Assembly (NCBI RefSeq): GCF_006345805.1
Contig: NC_042999.1
Span: forward strand, 157,604,001-157,668,000
Direction of reading: 5' to 3'
Origin: Octopus sinensis
Taxonomy: Eukaryota
DNA: 64,000 bases
Part shown: positions 1 through 12,899 of the stretch, piece by piece
Numbering within the stretch: position 1 is the stretch's first letter
Layout of the letters: each line of letters begins with the position of its first letter
Notes under the pieces: model-generated
Database searches by the model: none
Seen by the model: only the letters and a program-made list of their open reading frames with translations
What the model was told of the DNA's origin: nothing
Position numbers and translations under genes: made by a program

Positions 1-1110
1 TTAGCTTATCATGGTAGTTTTATAAAATAATCTATTCATAATTTTTGTGTTTATTTGTCTGTGTGGGGTTGAGTGGGTTTTTGGAGTATATGTTGAGGTT
101 TATATGTATGTATAGGTATGTGTAAGTGGTGTGGGTATTTGTATATGTCGTGGGTGTGTGGTTTACGTGTGTGTATTGTGTGTGAATGTTTAGGTTAGGG
201 GGATTGCTATATAGGTATGTTATAGAGTTTAGTAAAGGAGATTTTATCATTATATGTTTTTATGAGTTTTGGTTTATCATGGTAGGTTTGTTAAGGAATT
301 CGTAGTAATTTGTGTCTATTTGCGATGTCTGTTGTTTTATTGCATTGTTTCATTCATAATTTTTAAGTAGTGTTAGTTTTACCAAGTGAATATAATTTTT
401 AATTCCATTTATTCTATTTCTCCGTTCATAATTTTAAGTGATGTCCGTTTTCTAGAGCGTGAATGTGGGTTGTATGTGTGTGTGTGTGGGAGTATGAATA
501 AGTATTGTGTTGAAGTATTTAGCTATTTTATTTATTTAAAGTTGCCTAGACGTTTTTATGTGTATGTATAGGGATATATATATAGGGGTGTGATTTAGTG
601 TATGTAGTTAGATATGGTTATATATAATTAGGTATATGTGTATGGGTATATATATAGTTTATTATTATATTATTATTATTTTTTTGTTTTGTTTTATATT
701 TTATATTTTATATTTTATATTTTATATTTAATTGTTGATAGGTTTATTTTAGTTTATATATTGTTTATATATTGATTATATATGGATTATATATAGGTTA
801 TATATGGATTATATATTTATATTTTTCATTCATACTTTAATTATTTTAAAATTATTATTTTTATATTTTAAAATATTGATATTTTAGATTGGAAGTCCAC
901 CTGAAGATTGTCGATCAAGACAAGAAACAATTGTAGTGGCGGTTTTTTTGACTATTTATTAAAATTTTATGTATTGATTAAGTCTTTCCTTGTTTGTTTT
1001 GCAAAATAGTGGTTTTGTCTCTAATAATATTTTATAATATTTTACTATAAAATTGGATTTAATCCTAAATCTGATTTTTTCCCTGTAAATTTGGATTTAT
1101 TCCCTAATAT
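1..1110 (+). mobile_element. Probable Penelope-like element 3' UTR/pseudo-LTR relic
   Basis: T-rich non-coding tract carrying a well-formed type I hammerhead motif at 897-939 and ending at a (TA)n run, the same layout as other PLE ends in this window. No coding remnant is recognisable. Confidence 0.4.
897..939 (+). ncRNA. Minimal type I hammerhead ribozyme motif (GUA cleavage triplet)
   Basis: CCAC-CTGAAGA-TTGTC(gatcaa)GACAA-GAAAC-aatt-GTA-GTGG. Intact core, 4-bp stem I, 5-bp stem II, palindromic stem III ACAATTGT. Confidence 0.75.
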
Positions 1111-1113
1111 TAT

Positions 1114-1147
<34 letters not shown>

Positions 1148-1151
<4 letters not shown>

Positions 1152-1185
1152 ATATATATATCTATCTCTCTCTCTCTCTCCCTCC

Positions 1186-1235
<50 letters not shown>

Positions 1236-1984
1236 CTCCAAGAAAGTTAGGGGTTGTGAATCCAACCCACTAAGGGATAATATCTATCCAATATACTGTT
1301 GGAAGAATACCCAACTTTTAATACACAAGTGTTTTTTATTGCATTGCAATTACATTACCTACTATATTAAATGGGTGAAGGCAAAGAGATAGTTTACCAT
1401 TAATTTATATTGCAAATAGGAAAATGGAGGAGAACAATAGTTGGTTCATCAAGTTAGGACATTAAAAATGTTAACTTATTTATTTATTAAACTGATAATT
1501 ATAATAACATACATACATATAGCATATTATTCTATGCATATAAGATAAGGATACCAGTAATTATTAAAAAGCATGAATATAAAATGGTAAACAACTTACA
1601 GCTGTTTCAGCCCATAGATAAAAGTATTTTATTCTGCCTATATTACTCAAGTGTATTGAGGTAATAGGCAGATGAAGATGAGGTACATGTATGTATCTCT
1701 AGGTTTCATCAGAGATTATAAAATACAATAATAAATATAAATATAAAATAAACAAAATACACACACATTTGAATATATATATATATACATGCATATATGG
1801 TTATACATAATTAATTATATATACTAAAATATACATACACATCTACATCCATAAGCACATATAATATGTAGTTATTACTAATATTATTATTATTATATTA
1901 GATTAGGTGTATTCTGCTATTCAGAATAGATAGTATATGAAATATAAAATATATATATATCTATCTCTCTCTCTCTCTCCCTCC

Positions 1985-2036
<52 letters not shown>

Positions 2037-2756
2037 CTCCAAGAAAGTTAGGGGTTGTGAATCCAACCCACTAAGGGATAATATCTATCCAATATACTGT
2101 TGGAAGAATACCCAACTTTTAATACACAAGTGTTTTTTATTGCATTGCAATTACATTACCTACTATATTAAATGGGTGAAGGCAAAGAGATAGTTTACCA
2201 TTAATTTATATTGCAAATAGGAAAATGGAGGAGAACAATAGTTGGTTCATCAAGTTAGGACATTAAAAATGTTAACTTATTTATTTATTAAACTGATAAT
2301 TATAATAACATACATACATATAGCATATTATTCTATGCATATAAGATAAGGATACCAGTAATTATTAAAAAGCATGAATATAAAATGGTAAACAACTTAC
2401 AGCTGTTTCAGCCCATAGATAAAAGTATTTTATTCTGCCTATATTACTCAAGTGTATTGAGGTAATAGGCAGATGAAGATGAGGTACATGTATGTATCTC
2501 TAGGTTTCATCAGAGATTATAAAATACAATAATAAATATAAATATAAAATAAACAAAATACACACACATTTGAATATATATATATATACATGCATATATG
2601 GTTATACATAATTAATTATATATACTAAAATATACATACACATCTACATCCATAAGCACATATAATATGTAGTTATTACTAATATTATTATTATTAATAT
2701 TAGATTAGGTGTATTCTGCTATTCAGAATAGATAGTATATGAAATATAAAATATAT
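1148..2756. repeat. Near-identical tandem duplication, period 801 bp
   Basis: aataactcc starts at 1231 and 2032. The two copies differ only by tiny indels. Confidence 0.9.
1592..1719 (-). ncRNA. Hammerhead-like motif with long stem II (copy 1; copy 2 at 2393-2520)
   Basis: Minus strand: CTGATGA, ~97 nt imperfect stem II with an inner hairpin (tctgcctat...ataggcaga), GAAAC-agct-GTA. Stem III is the palindrome ACAGCTGT; stem I is imperfect. Confidence 0.5.
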
Positions 2757-2921
2757 AATATAATATAATATATAAACAGATGTTTATGAAAGATATAAGT
2801 ATATTAATTTTACAATCAATATCAGTATGTCAAAATATCATACAGTTATTATAGCTATGTCAATATTATACTGCATACATGTGGGTAACTAACATATGCA
2901 TATGCATACATACATATATGC

Positions 2922-2969
<48 letters not shown>

Positions 2970-3022
2970 GAACCAACTATTGTTCTCCATTTTCTTATTT
3001 GCAATATATATATATATATATA

Positions 3023-3055
<33 letters not shown>

Positions 3056-3329
3056 GAACCAACTATTGTTCTCCATTTTCTTATTTGCAATATATATATA
3101 TATGTATATATCTGTCTATCTATCTATCTATCTATCTATCTATATAATATACATATATACATATCTATATCATACATATATATATCTATATCTATATCTA
3201 TATCTATATATATCTATATCTATATATATATATATATATATATATAATTATGTATATATATATATATACACATATATATATATGTTTATATATCCATTAT
3301 CCATATATATAACCGTTTAGATATCACTT

Positions 3330-3360
<31 letters not shown>

Positions 3361-4218
3361 TTATATATCCATTATCCACATATATAACCATTTAGATATC
3401 ACTTTATATATATATATATATATATATACATATATATGTACAAACATACATATGCATTTTTGTATACACTCATATAGAAGTATATGCCTATACCTATATA
3501 TATACCTACATATATATGCACATTTAAGCATCTGTTTAGTTTTTATTATCAAACTAAAAGAAAAAAATGCACATAATAGAAATTCTATTGACAACAAATT
3601 ACATAGGTTTTGTTTAGCAGTAAGTGTTTTACGTTTGGAATTAGATGCTGAATATTGATTTGTAGGTGTGTTAAAAGCCTACGTGTTATGCTTAGAAGTT
3701 TTGTGTAAAATTAATTAGAGAAGTAAAGTGTTTAGTATAATTTTGTAAGTATGGACTAAATATATTAATACATCTCTTATATTGCATAGGTTGAGTGTAA
3801 AGTACTGGTTTTATATTTTTAGTGTGTAGGTGTTTGGTTCAGGGTGAGTAGTGCATTATATTCTTTTCATTCAAAAGTTCAACTTGTTTATTTTTATGTA
3901 AAACAATTAAATTCTGCTTTTTTTTTTGTATTGTTTATTATTTTCTTTTAGTGGGAACAAGGCATTTAATGTAGTAAAATGACAAAAATGTGTATGAAGT
4001 ACTGAAAGGAAAATGAAATTTAATTGCCTAAACAACATCTATTTCATCTACTTATTATCTGAAATTACATTGATTTTATTGTTGTATCACTTTTCCTTAA
4101 AGACTAAAGCAAGGCTGATACAGACACACATGTGTGTCTGTCTTTGTGCATATGAAATAAGGTATGTTAAAAATTGGTTCTTGCCATCAATTATGCTTTA
4201 CTCATTATCAAAATTATT

Positions 4219-4608
4219 TCTTTACTCTTTTACTCTTTTACTTGTTTCAGTCATTTGACTGCGGCCATGCTAGAGCACTGCCTTTTAGTCGAGCAAATCG
4301 ACCCCAGAACTTATTCTTTGTAAGCCCAGTACTTATTCTATCGGTCTCTTTTGCCGAACCGCTAAGTGACGGGGACGTAAACACACCAGCATCGGTTGTC
4401 AAGCAATGCTAGGGGAACAAACACAGACACACAAACATATCCACACACATACATACATATATATATACGACAGGCTTCTTTCAGTTTCTGTCTACCAAAT
4501 CCACTCACAAGGCATTGGTCAGCCTGGGGCTATAGCAGAAGACATTTGCCTAAGATGCCATGCAGTGGGACTGAACCCGGAACCATGTGGTTGGTAAGCA
4601 AGCTACTT
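4219..4608 (-). mobile_element. tRNA-derived SINE family A, body (its head lies at 6295-6323, separated by an insertion)
   Basis: Matches other copies (7501, 10583, 50433): B-box-like GGTTCAGTCCC, internal microsatellite, (GTAAAAGA)n tail. Interrupted at aagtagct. Confidence 0.9.
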
Positions 4609-6294
4609 TATTTAAAAAGTTTGCCACTAGGGCAGCACAAAGAGTAGCTGCGGGCTGGACAAAAACATTAATGCATGATGGTGATGGATGAAGATGGTGA
4701 TGGGAGAAGACAAAAGCACCCGCCGACTTTCGCTTCTCTAAAACATTGTTCAAAATTTATAATAGATACAACAGTACAATTTTAAAGGAGGCAATGAACC
4801 TCTTTTTCAATATATTATAAATGTTCAATGTAAAAGCCTATGTAACCCGGCCGACCATCGCTCTTGCCTCATCGAGGCAATAATCGCTGGTCAGGTCGGG
4901 GTCCACAGGTATGATCTTGAATAAGTCCGCCGGGAAGGAACCCACGATCCTGCCTAGATTACCCCTTCCTACGACCTCTGCAGTCAACTGCGAAGGCCAC
5001 TCGGGGTCCTCCGTACAGGACCGGAGTCCCTCCCAATGTCCTCTCTTTCTCATTTTGCGTACGGTGTCCTCCACCGTTCCTCCTTTGAAAAAGAGGAGCA
5101 CAAAGTCTTCTACAAATTGTCCCTCAGGCGGCACACCCGCCTGAGAGGACCCGGGAGACTCGGGAGACGCCGTCTGCGTATCACAATCCGCCGGCGGCGT
5201 TCCGTTTCTCCTTTTTTTTTTTTTTTTTGGCCTTGGGCCATGGGAGGTTGAGGTTCCGGAGCTGCACGCACTGGGTTCTCCTCTCCCGCAGCTTTCAGGT
5301 CCTTTGGTGGGTCGCCATTGCTCCCCACCTTTCTCTTTCTTTTGGAGGAAGTTTTTTCTTCCTCATTCTGTTTCTCTCCCTCCGTTGAGGAGGCAGGGAG
5401 AGGCTCCGATATCAGCCGCTCCAGGATCCTACTCTGGTCCCTGGGGCAGTTCTTCTTGATGTGGCCGGTCTCCAAACACAGGTGACACTTGGAGGGGCGT
5501 CCCTCAAGCATCACCGGATACTTGGACCCGGCCATCCTCAAAAAGTCCGGCAAAACCAGACTCTTGGCTGACTGGGTCCATAGGGTCAAAGTAGCCATTG
5601 ACCCCTCCCAATCAGCCGCAGGCTGTATTCTAACATTTATGATCTTAGTGCTACTATCACCCAGACCCCGGCGGATAGAGTCTTCTATCCACTCGAGTTC
5701 AATGCCGGGTGGCAGGCCGCAGATCCATAATCTTATAAATTTTTCTCCCTTGTAACTAGGGAGAAACAAAATCTCTTTGCCCTCAATGGGCTTGCTTGCG
5801 AAATCGCAAGCTGCTTTAGGGGAGTCAAACAGCAACCAAACCGTTGCGTATTTGGCTCCCCGTGCAATGTATTCCTGGCCAAGCGTCAACAGCAATCCCT
5901 GGTTATTCTTGGTGCCTCCTGGTAATTCCAAAAAACGGTCCTCGAATATCCCTGGTGCCTCCTGGTATATCCAAATTGAATCAATATTTTGAGGAGGGGC
6001 TACACCTCCTCAAAAAACACAATTCTCACTAAAAAGTGAGACTTTAAACTCGACAACAGGCAGAAAAAATATATCTGGAGCAAAGTGAAGTCTATTACCC
6101 GCTAAAAATATTAATGCTAAATAACATTAAATGCTAAAGGCATTAAAAGCAAGCAATTAACCTCACTAAGCCCCTAAAAATATAAAACGTCCTACCTGTC
6201 ATCGTCAAAAAAGTTCAAAGTTCAATATTTCACGTGACAACACGTGACATTCGGAATAGCAAAAAAACACGTCCGACCAAGTCAGAGGTTAGCG
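4609..6294 (-). mobile_element. ORF1-only Tx1/L1-like non-autonomous retroelement (1686 bp) with 8-bp TSD
   Basis: Flanked by agctactt (4601-4608, 6295-6302) inside a SINE A head. 5' motif GGTCGGACGTGTTTT, a single gag-like ORF, no EN/RT, and AATAAA at the 3' junction. Confidence 0.8.
5110..5931 (-). CDS. LINE ORF1-like protein (RRM-like region, CCHC zinc knuckle, basic C-terminus)
   Basis: 273-aa open frame with EGRPSKCHLCLETGHIKKNCP (CX2CX4HX4C), as in Tx1/L1-clade ORF1p. Homologous to the relic at 62800-63240. Confidence 0.8.
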   Translation of the reverse strand: MELPGGTKNNQGLLLTLGQEYIARGAKYATVWLLFDSPKAACDFASKPIEGKEILFLPSYKGEKFIRLWICGLPPGIELEWIEDSIRRGLGDSSTKIINVRIQPAADWEGSMATLTLWTQSAKSLVLPDFLRMAGSKYPVMLEGRPSKCHLCLETGHIKKNCPRDQSRILERLISEPLPASSTEGEKQNEEEKTSSKRKRKVGSNGDPPKDLKAAGEENPVRAAPEPQPPMAQGQKKKKKGETERRRRIVIRRRRLPSLPGPLRRVCRLRDNL

Positions 6295-6323
6295 AGCTAC
6301 TTACCACACAGCCACTCCTGCGC
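6295..6323 (-). mobile_element. SINE A head (A-box part) displaced by the ORF1-only element
   Basis: Reverse complement gcgcaggagtggctgtgtggtaagtagct matches the 5' end of family A. Confidence 0.85.
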
Positions 6324-7037
6324 TTTTCATCATTAAAATTGTTAAACTAAGGCAGTTTGGTCAAAATGCTTACTGCCATTTTGTCTGTCTTTACATTTTG
6401 AGTTCAAATTCCACTGAGGTTGGCTTTGCCTTTTATCCTTTCAGGGTTGATAAAATAAGTATCAGTTGTACACTGGGGTCAATTTTCAGTCCTTATGCCT
6501 ATAGTAAAAAGGTTCATATGGAGTGTCCTTTGTCAGCAACATTTTGTTATTACATACTTTTATTCCTATTGTCTTACCTTTGTCTGTATTTGGATTTTTT
6601 TCATAAATTGAGTTTGACTACTAAATGCTTTATTGTTGTTTCAGCTAAATTCTCCTTACCAAAAACCCACAAAGTGATTACTCTTCCTTATACAATTTTC
6701 TTTGTGTTGGAGACCTTTATATACATTATATGGAATTTTAGCAAAACTGACGTTGGCATTGATGAGAATTATCTGTGACATTCCATTTCTAATTCTTTTT
6801 CTCTGTTTAGTTTCTGTAGCTCTTTATCATTTATCTCATCAAACTGGATTTTCCTCAGACACATATTCAAGCATATATTGTGAGATATTTTGAAGTGATA
6901 TTGCTTGATTCATAGTGTTTTTCATAACATTAGTTGTGTGGAAATGTCAAAAACATCCTGTTTGTGATTTAGAATTTTGTAGGCAATTTCAGAACATGAT
7001 AACCACAAAAGGTAAACCATACAAATGGCAATAATGC

Positions 7038-7108
<71 letters not shown>

Positions 7109-7500
7109 TACAAAATTATTTTATACATATTTTATATAAATATATATATATACACAATTTTACAATATATGCATAATTTTATATATATATATACACACAC
7201 ACATACACACACACACACACACACATACATACATACATACATACATACATACATACATACATACATACATACATACATACATACATACATACATACACAT
7301 ATATATATACAAAATAATTCTAAAATTTATAAAATGCTTTTTCTTGAATGAAATAAAAAAGAATTGAATGAAATGGTAAAAATTTAAATAAGCCTAATAT
7401 CCATAAATATAGAAAAGAAAAGAAAAAATGGAGAAGCAAAAGAAAACTACTCTATTAAATTGAAGTGAAGAATTTATGATAAATTTATGATGATATATAT

Positions 7501-8260
7501 AGGCGTAGGATTGGCTGTGTGGTAAGTAGCTTGTTTACCAACCACATGGTTCTGGGTTCAGTCCCACTGCGTGGCACCTTGGGCAAGTGTCTTCTACTAT
7601 AGCCTCGGGCTGACCAAAGCCTTGTGAGTGGATTTGGTAGACGGAAACTGAAAGAAGCCCATCGTATAAATATACATATATATATATGTGTGTGTGGGTA
7701 TATGTTTGTGTGTCTGTGTTTGTCTCCCCAACATCGCTTGACAACCGATGCTGGTGTGTTTATGTCACCGTCACTTAGCAGTTTGGCAAAAAGAGCCCGA
7801 TAGAATAAGTACTAGGCTTACAAAAGAATAAGTCCCGGGATCGAGTTGCTTGATTAAAGGCGGTGCTCCAGCATGGCCGCAGTCAAATGACTGAAACAAG
7901 TAAAAGAGTAAAAGAGTAAAGAGTATATATGTGTGTGTATATGTTTGTGTGGCTGTGTTTGTCCCTCAAAATCGCTCGACAACTGATGCTGGTGTGTTTA
8001 CGTCACCGTAACTTAGTGGTTCGGCAAAAGTGACTGATAGAATAAGTACTAGGCTTACAAAGAATAAGTCCTGGGGCCGATTTGCTCGACTAAAGGCGGT
8101 GCTCCAGCATGGCCGCAGTCAAATGACTGAAACAAGTAAAAGAGTAAAAGAGTTAAGAGTATATATGTGTGTGTATATGTTTGTGTGGCTGTGTTTGTCC
8201 CTCAACATCGCTCGACAACTGATGCTGGTGTGTTTACGTCACCGTAAAGAGTAAAAGAGA
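7501..8260 (+). mobile_element. SINE family A followed by two extra tandem 3'-half copies
   Basis: Head aggcgtaggattggctgtgtgg at 7501; the 3' half is repeated at ~7925-8160 and partly at ~8160-8260. Confidence 0.9.
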
Positions 8261-8719
8261 TATGTTCTTCCCCAGAAATTACTCCTGTATATACTTTAGT
8301 TTGGTTTCCTACTTGTTCATCACTTACTGTTTGGTGCTTCAAATTGTGCAAGGAATCAGTATGAAATCAATTTAATTTTCATATTTTAGTTCCTTGTCTA
8401 TTTATTCATTTTAAATTTATATAAACAGTCTATCTCCTTCCCACCATCTGTGATCAAGACATATATCAAAAACTGAAATATCTTGTTTAACAAGCCTCCA
8501 TTATTTTTTTGTATATATCAATGCTTCAGTTATTCTGCTTACAAAATATATATCTTAAATATTTTTCTTTTATATTATTTGGTAAATGATATCAAAGTGA
8601 AGTTACTATATTCTATCTGTAATATGATGATTTTATCACCCCGAATTTTGGGGTGATAAAAAAACTCATTTTTTCCCATAGCAAAACAAGGAAGCAGTGA
8701 AACTATAACAATATAGGGA

Positions 8720-9095
8720 TCTTGTTATATTTCGGAATGGTCATTTTGTCAGTTTAGCCAATAAAAACACACGCACTATATATTTGGTGTTATTTTGCTT
8801 CAGTGTTATTTATTTTTTACATTAATCTTAATCTTATTTGGGCCAGAGTTCTTTTGTCACACTCTTGTGACCACATCAGTGGTCCTTTGTTTTCTTCTTT
8901 CTTATTTGTGTCTCTCCTTACTAACCGTCAGTCATTTTGTATGCGGTCACAGGAGTGTGACGAAAGAACTCTGGCCCAAATAAGATTAAGATTAATGTAA
9001 AAAATAAATAACACTGAAGCAAAATAACACCAAATATATAGTGCATGTATTTTTATTGGCTAAACTGGCAAAATGACCATTCTGAAATATAGCAA
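8720..9095. repeat. Fold-back element (~150-bp inverted arms, ~70-bp spacer) with degenerate hammerhead-like motif
   Basis: 8720-8872 is the reverse complement of 8944-9095. Merged consensus of the two arms is cca-CTGATG(c/t)-g-GTCAC-aggagt-GTGAC-GAAA-gaac-TC-tgg. Confidence 0.8.
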
Positions 9096-9635
9096 TAACT
9101 GTTTCAACACACGACTTCACATAAAAAATCTTGCACAACAAATATATAAACGTACTAATATAGGGATCATTTTATTTTTGATCAATTTATTTTTATCTGT
9201 TGGTCTGTGGAGAAGGAGGAAGGATAGCAGTCTCATGGATTTTTTTTCTCTCTTTTAAGATTTCCCTAAACTAGCACAGTGGGGTTGGGATACCTTTGTA
9301 TGATTTGTGTAGTTTATGTTTGAATTGCTGCAAGTTAGTAGTTTGAAGGAACACTTGGGCTGAGAGAGGGATGTACTTCTGGGAAGAAATGATTTGATAT
9401 ATGGACTTGACTGTAGGAAACAATGAGAATAACAAGACAGCAAAGATAGGTGTATTGATAGAGTTTAGGAGCTGCAAGCTGTCAATGTGTATGAAGTTAA
9501 TACAAGAAATACCTTAAAAAAGAACCATTTTAAGTTATAAATTACTATTTTTGGTATGACAAGAAAATGAAGTTATAAAATTGGGTTCCACTTTAGAATG
9601 CAGTCTACCCAGCCTTTAGTATGTGGTCTAACACT

Positions 9636-9720
9636 AACCTTAACCCTAAACCTAAACTCTAACCTTTATCCTAATCTAACTCTAAGCCCTACCTTAACCC
9701 TTAACCCTAATCCTAACCCA
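9636..9720. repeat. Degenerate (CCCTAA)n telomere-like tract inside a small repeat
   Basis: ctaaccttaaccctaaacctaaactctaacc...accctaatcctaaccc. A similar TTAGGG patch occurs at ~16620 inside a MITE. Confidence 0.6.
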
Positions 9721-10239
9721 GATCAGGTCATTTCACTGTATAGACTGCAGATGCCATATTCTGCACACTAAAGTAGCCCCAGAGATTGTTAGTTTATACC
9801 ACAAGTCCATGATTTTACAATAATTTAATTAGATGAGGGTAAAAAAAGAAATGCATCAAAATATTTATTAAAAGATTTTTAAGCAAAAAATGACAGTATG
9901 GAAGACTTACACAATAAATGGAAACTATTTGTTGAATAACTATATATTTATATTAAAAAATAAAAGATGAAAAAATATTCTGAAATGTGTTTCACGAATT
10001 AAAGTTGTGTGCAATATAGTTTTAATTTTAAGGAGTAACAATTTGTAAAACAAACTTGGAACTAATGTATTTCTGAGAGGAGAAATAATTAAGCAAGAAA
10101 ATTATGAATCAGAATAATTAAATGTATTAATTTTGTAATTAAACATCATTTCAATTCCTAAAAATTTCCATTTATCTTTAGGCAATGTCTTTTGTTCAGT
10201 AGGACCTAGAAGAATGTACACTTCCATTATCAGAATTGG

Positions 10240-11170
10240 CACTTCCACTATCAGAAGCTTCGTTGATGTCTTAGAAACTATTTTATGTGTATCCATTTTC
10301 CTTTTTGGTTTATCCAAGAACTCTTGCCTTTCTCTTCTCTTACCTTTTCACTTTTCATTTTTATCTGTTGTCGTTTTCAGTTGTAGCTCATGGAGGACAA
10401 AAGACACCACTTGAAGATAATTTGAGATAGTGATAAAAACTGTGTTTATATTAAGTATAAAATCAAAATCAAAATATCAAATGCAGTACTTGTCTTCAGC
10501 ATGGGACTTTGTCATTTCACTGATGGCTGTTCAGGGATTTTGAGCATTTTACAGACTTCAACTTAAGTTTATAAAGAAATTGGAGTGGCTGTGTGGTAAG
10601 TAGCTTGCTAACCAACCACATGGTTCTGGGTTCAGTCCCACTGCGTGGCACCTTGGGCAAGTGTCTTCTGCTATAGCCTCGGGCCGACCAATGCCTTATG
10701 AGTGGATTTGGTAGACGGAAACTGAAAGAAGCCCGTTGTATATATGTATATATATATCTATATATGTGTGTGTGTGTGTGTGTTTGTGTGTCTGTGTTTG
10801 TCCCCCTAGCATTGCTTGACAACCGATGCTGGTGTGTTTACGTCCCCGTCACTTAGCGGTTCGGCAAAAGAGACCGATAGAATAAGTACTGGGCTTACAA
10901 AAGAATAAGTCCTGGGGTCGAGTTGCTCGATTAAAGGGCGGTGCTCCAGCGTGGCCGCAGTCAAATGACTGAAAGAAGTAAAAGAGTAAAAGAGTAAAGA
11001 GTATAACTTAATCAGTATTTGTCATAATTTCTGTTGAAGATGATGAGTAATTAATATAAGTGTTCCATGGAATTCTATCGGTTGTTAAAAAAGACAAAAC
11101 TAAAATAAATTCAAGAAGAAAATAATATTGTTAAAATTTCCTTATCAAGACTTATAAGACAACAGTTTTT
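10240..11170. repeat. Left arm of a diverged inverted duplication (partner 14665-15170)
   Basis: 10240-10580 and 11004-11170 match the reverse complement of 14665-15170. The SINE at 10583-11003 is present only in this arm. Confidence 0.85.
10583..11003 (+). mobile_element. SINE family A
   Basis: agtggctgtgtgg head through (GTAAAAGA)n tail. Confidence 0.9.
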
Positions 11171-11418
11171 TTCCTCCACCAACTTTTTTATATTTAACAT
11201 TCACTCCCAAATTACAAGTTCTGTTTTATAATTTTTCCAACCAAATATTAAAAAAAAAAGAAAAAGAAGGAACTGAGTGAATAAAAAGTATTAAGCTAAA
11301 TCTCATGACAGTTCGTATAATTATTTATCCCGTTGTGCAAAATTATTTTTAGATATGGTTATATTCAGTATCTCTAAAAAAATCCTTCGAATGTATCACA
11401 TGTTTGAACACAGTTTGT

Positions 11419-11450
<32 letters not shown>

Positions 11451-11842
11451 TATAATAATAATCATTACCATCAACATGCTCTTCCGCTTCGTTACCATCA
11501 TGATGATCAAGATGCTTCCAGTTATAGTTGTCAATGGAATTTTTCCCATCAACTTCTCAGCACAATTGTCACAACTCTTGAGAATGGTAGTGCCAATTCC
11601 GTTAGGAATTATAGTTATTTTGGTTAGAGTGATGCTGGCAAAATTGTATTGGGGTGTGTATGTGTGTGTGTGAGAGAGAGGGGGGAAGAGAGGAGATCGT
11701 AACTATCTATGAAAATACATGCTTACATGCATTTTGAAAGGATGCTAAATAAGCATGTACAGGTATGTGCATTTTATAGCTAAAAAAAGAAACCATTTAT
11801 TTATCATCAGATAGACATATATAAGATAGAATAGGCACAAAT

Positions 11843-12074
11843 AAGGCAGCGAGCTGGCAGAAACGTTCGCATGCCAGGCAGAATGCTTTGTGGTATTTCG
11901 TCCGCCACTGCGTGCTGAGTTCAAATTCCGCCGAGGTTGACTTTGCCTTTTATCCTTTCGGGGTCGATAAATTAAGTACCAGTTATCCACTGGGGTCGAT
12001 GTAATTGACTTAATCGTTTGTCTGTCCTTGTTTGTCCCCTCTATGTTTAGCCCTTTGTGGGTAATAAAGAAATA
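11843..12074 (+). mobile_element. tRNA-derived SINE family B, full length, 12-bp TSD
   Basis: aaggcagcgagctggc head, GAGTTCAAATTCC B-box, tail ...ttgtgggtaataaagaaata. TSD agaataggcaca (11828-11839, 12075-12086) lies at the head of an older SINE. Confidence 0.9.
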
Positions 12075-12080
12075 AGAATA

Positions 12081-12460
12081 GGCACAGATGTGGCTATATG
12101 GTAAGACATTTGCTTCCTAACCACATGGCGCCAGGATCGGTCCTACTATGTGACACTCTGGGCTTCTACTAAAACGCTGGTGAGAGCATTTGATATATGG
12201 AAATTGAAAGAAGCCTGAGATGTATGATTGTATGTATGTCCCGTTGTCTTGACTTCACGTGATATACGAAATGAGTGTCATTGTCATTCATTTCTAATAG
12301 TCTGTGGGAACACTTCTGGCCATGAGCAAATATCATCTTGCTCGGAAACAGGTGAGGGTTAGCCACAGGAATGGTATCCTGCTGTCAGATATCTGCCTCA
12401 ATAAATTCTGCTGACCCATGCAAGCTTGGAAAAATGGGCGTTAAAATGAAGTTTATACAT
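12081..12460 (+). mobile_element. Older diverged SINE with RTE-like 3' tail
   Basis: Family-A-like head; the 3' end ...gacccatgcaagcttggaaaaatgggcgttaaaatga resembles the tail at 19760-19810. Confidence 0.6.
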
Positions 12461-12899
12461 CCCTACTCCACCTTCCCTATCCTTCCCATCCCCCATCCTA
12501 TCCCACACACCCTCCCTCACATACCCCTACCCTCTGCCTACCCACAAACCCCAACCCTCAACCGAACCCACACCCCACCCGTGCTTTCCCCACTCTCGCC
12601 TCCCCACCTCCCAACAACATCACACCACACCACACTACACCATACAACATTACACATCACATCACATCACAACACACTACCCACACAACCACCCATACAC
12701 CCATCCGTACATTTTCACACCTACACATACATACACGCACACGTCCAGACCACCAGCTCTCTTTCATACGCACATAATACTCTCTTATACACACACGCAC
12801 CTTCGTGTTGGGGGTCCTCTTCACTTTGTTATCTCCCCTACTTTCCTTCTCCAGTGTGACCCTTCTGTCCGAGTCAGACGCCATGATAGATCGTTAGCC

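Noticed and set aside
9636-9720. Interstitial telomere or chromosome fusion site
   Set aside because: Short, degenerate and embedded in a small repeat; similar patches occur inside MITEs here.
11355-11627. His-rich 90-aa ORF
   Set aside because: Driven by a (CAT)n repeat; no homology cue.
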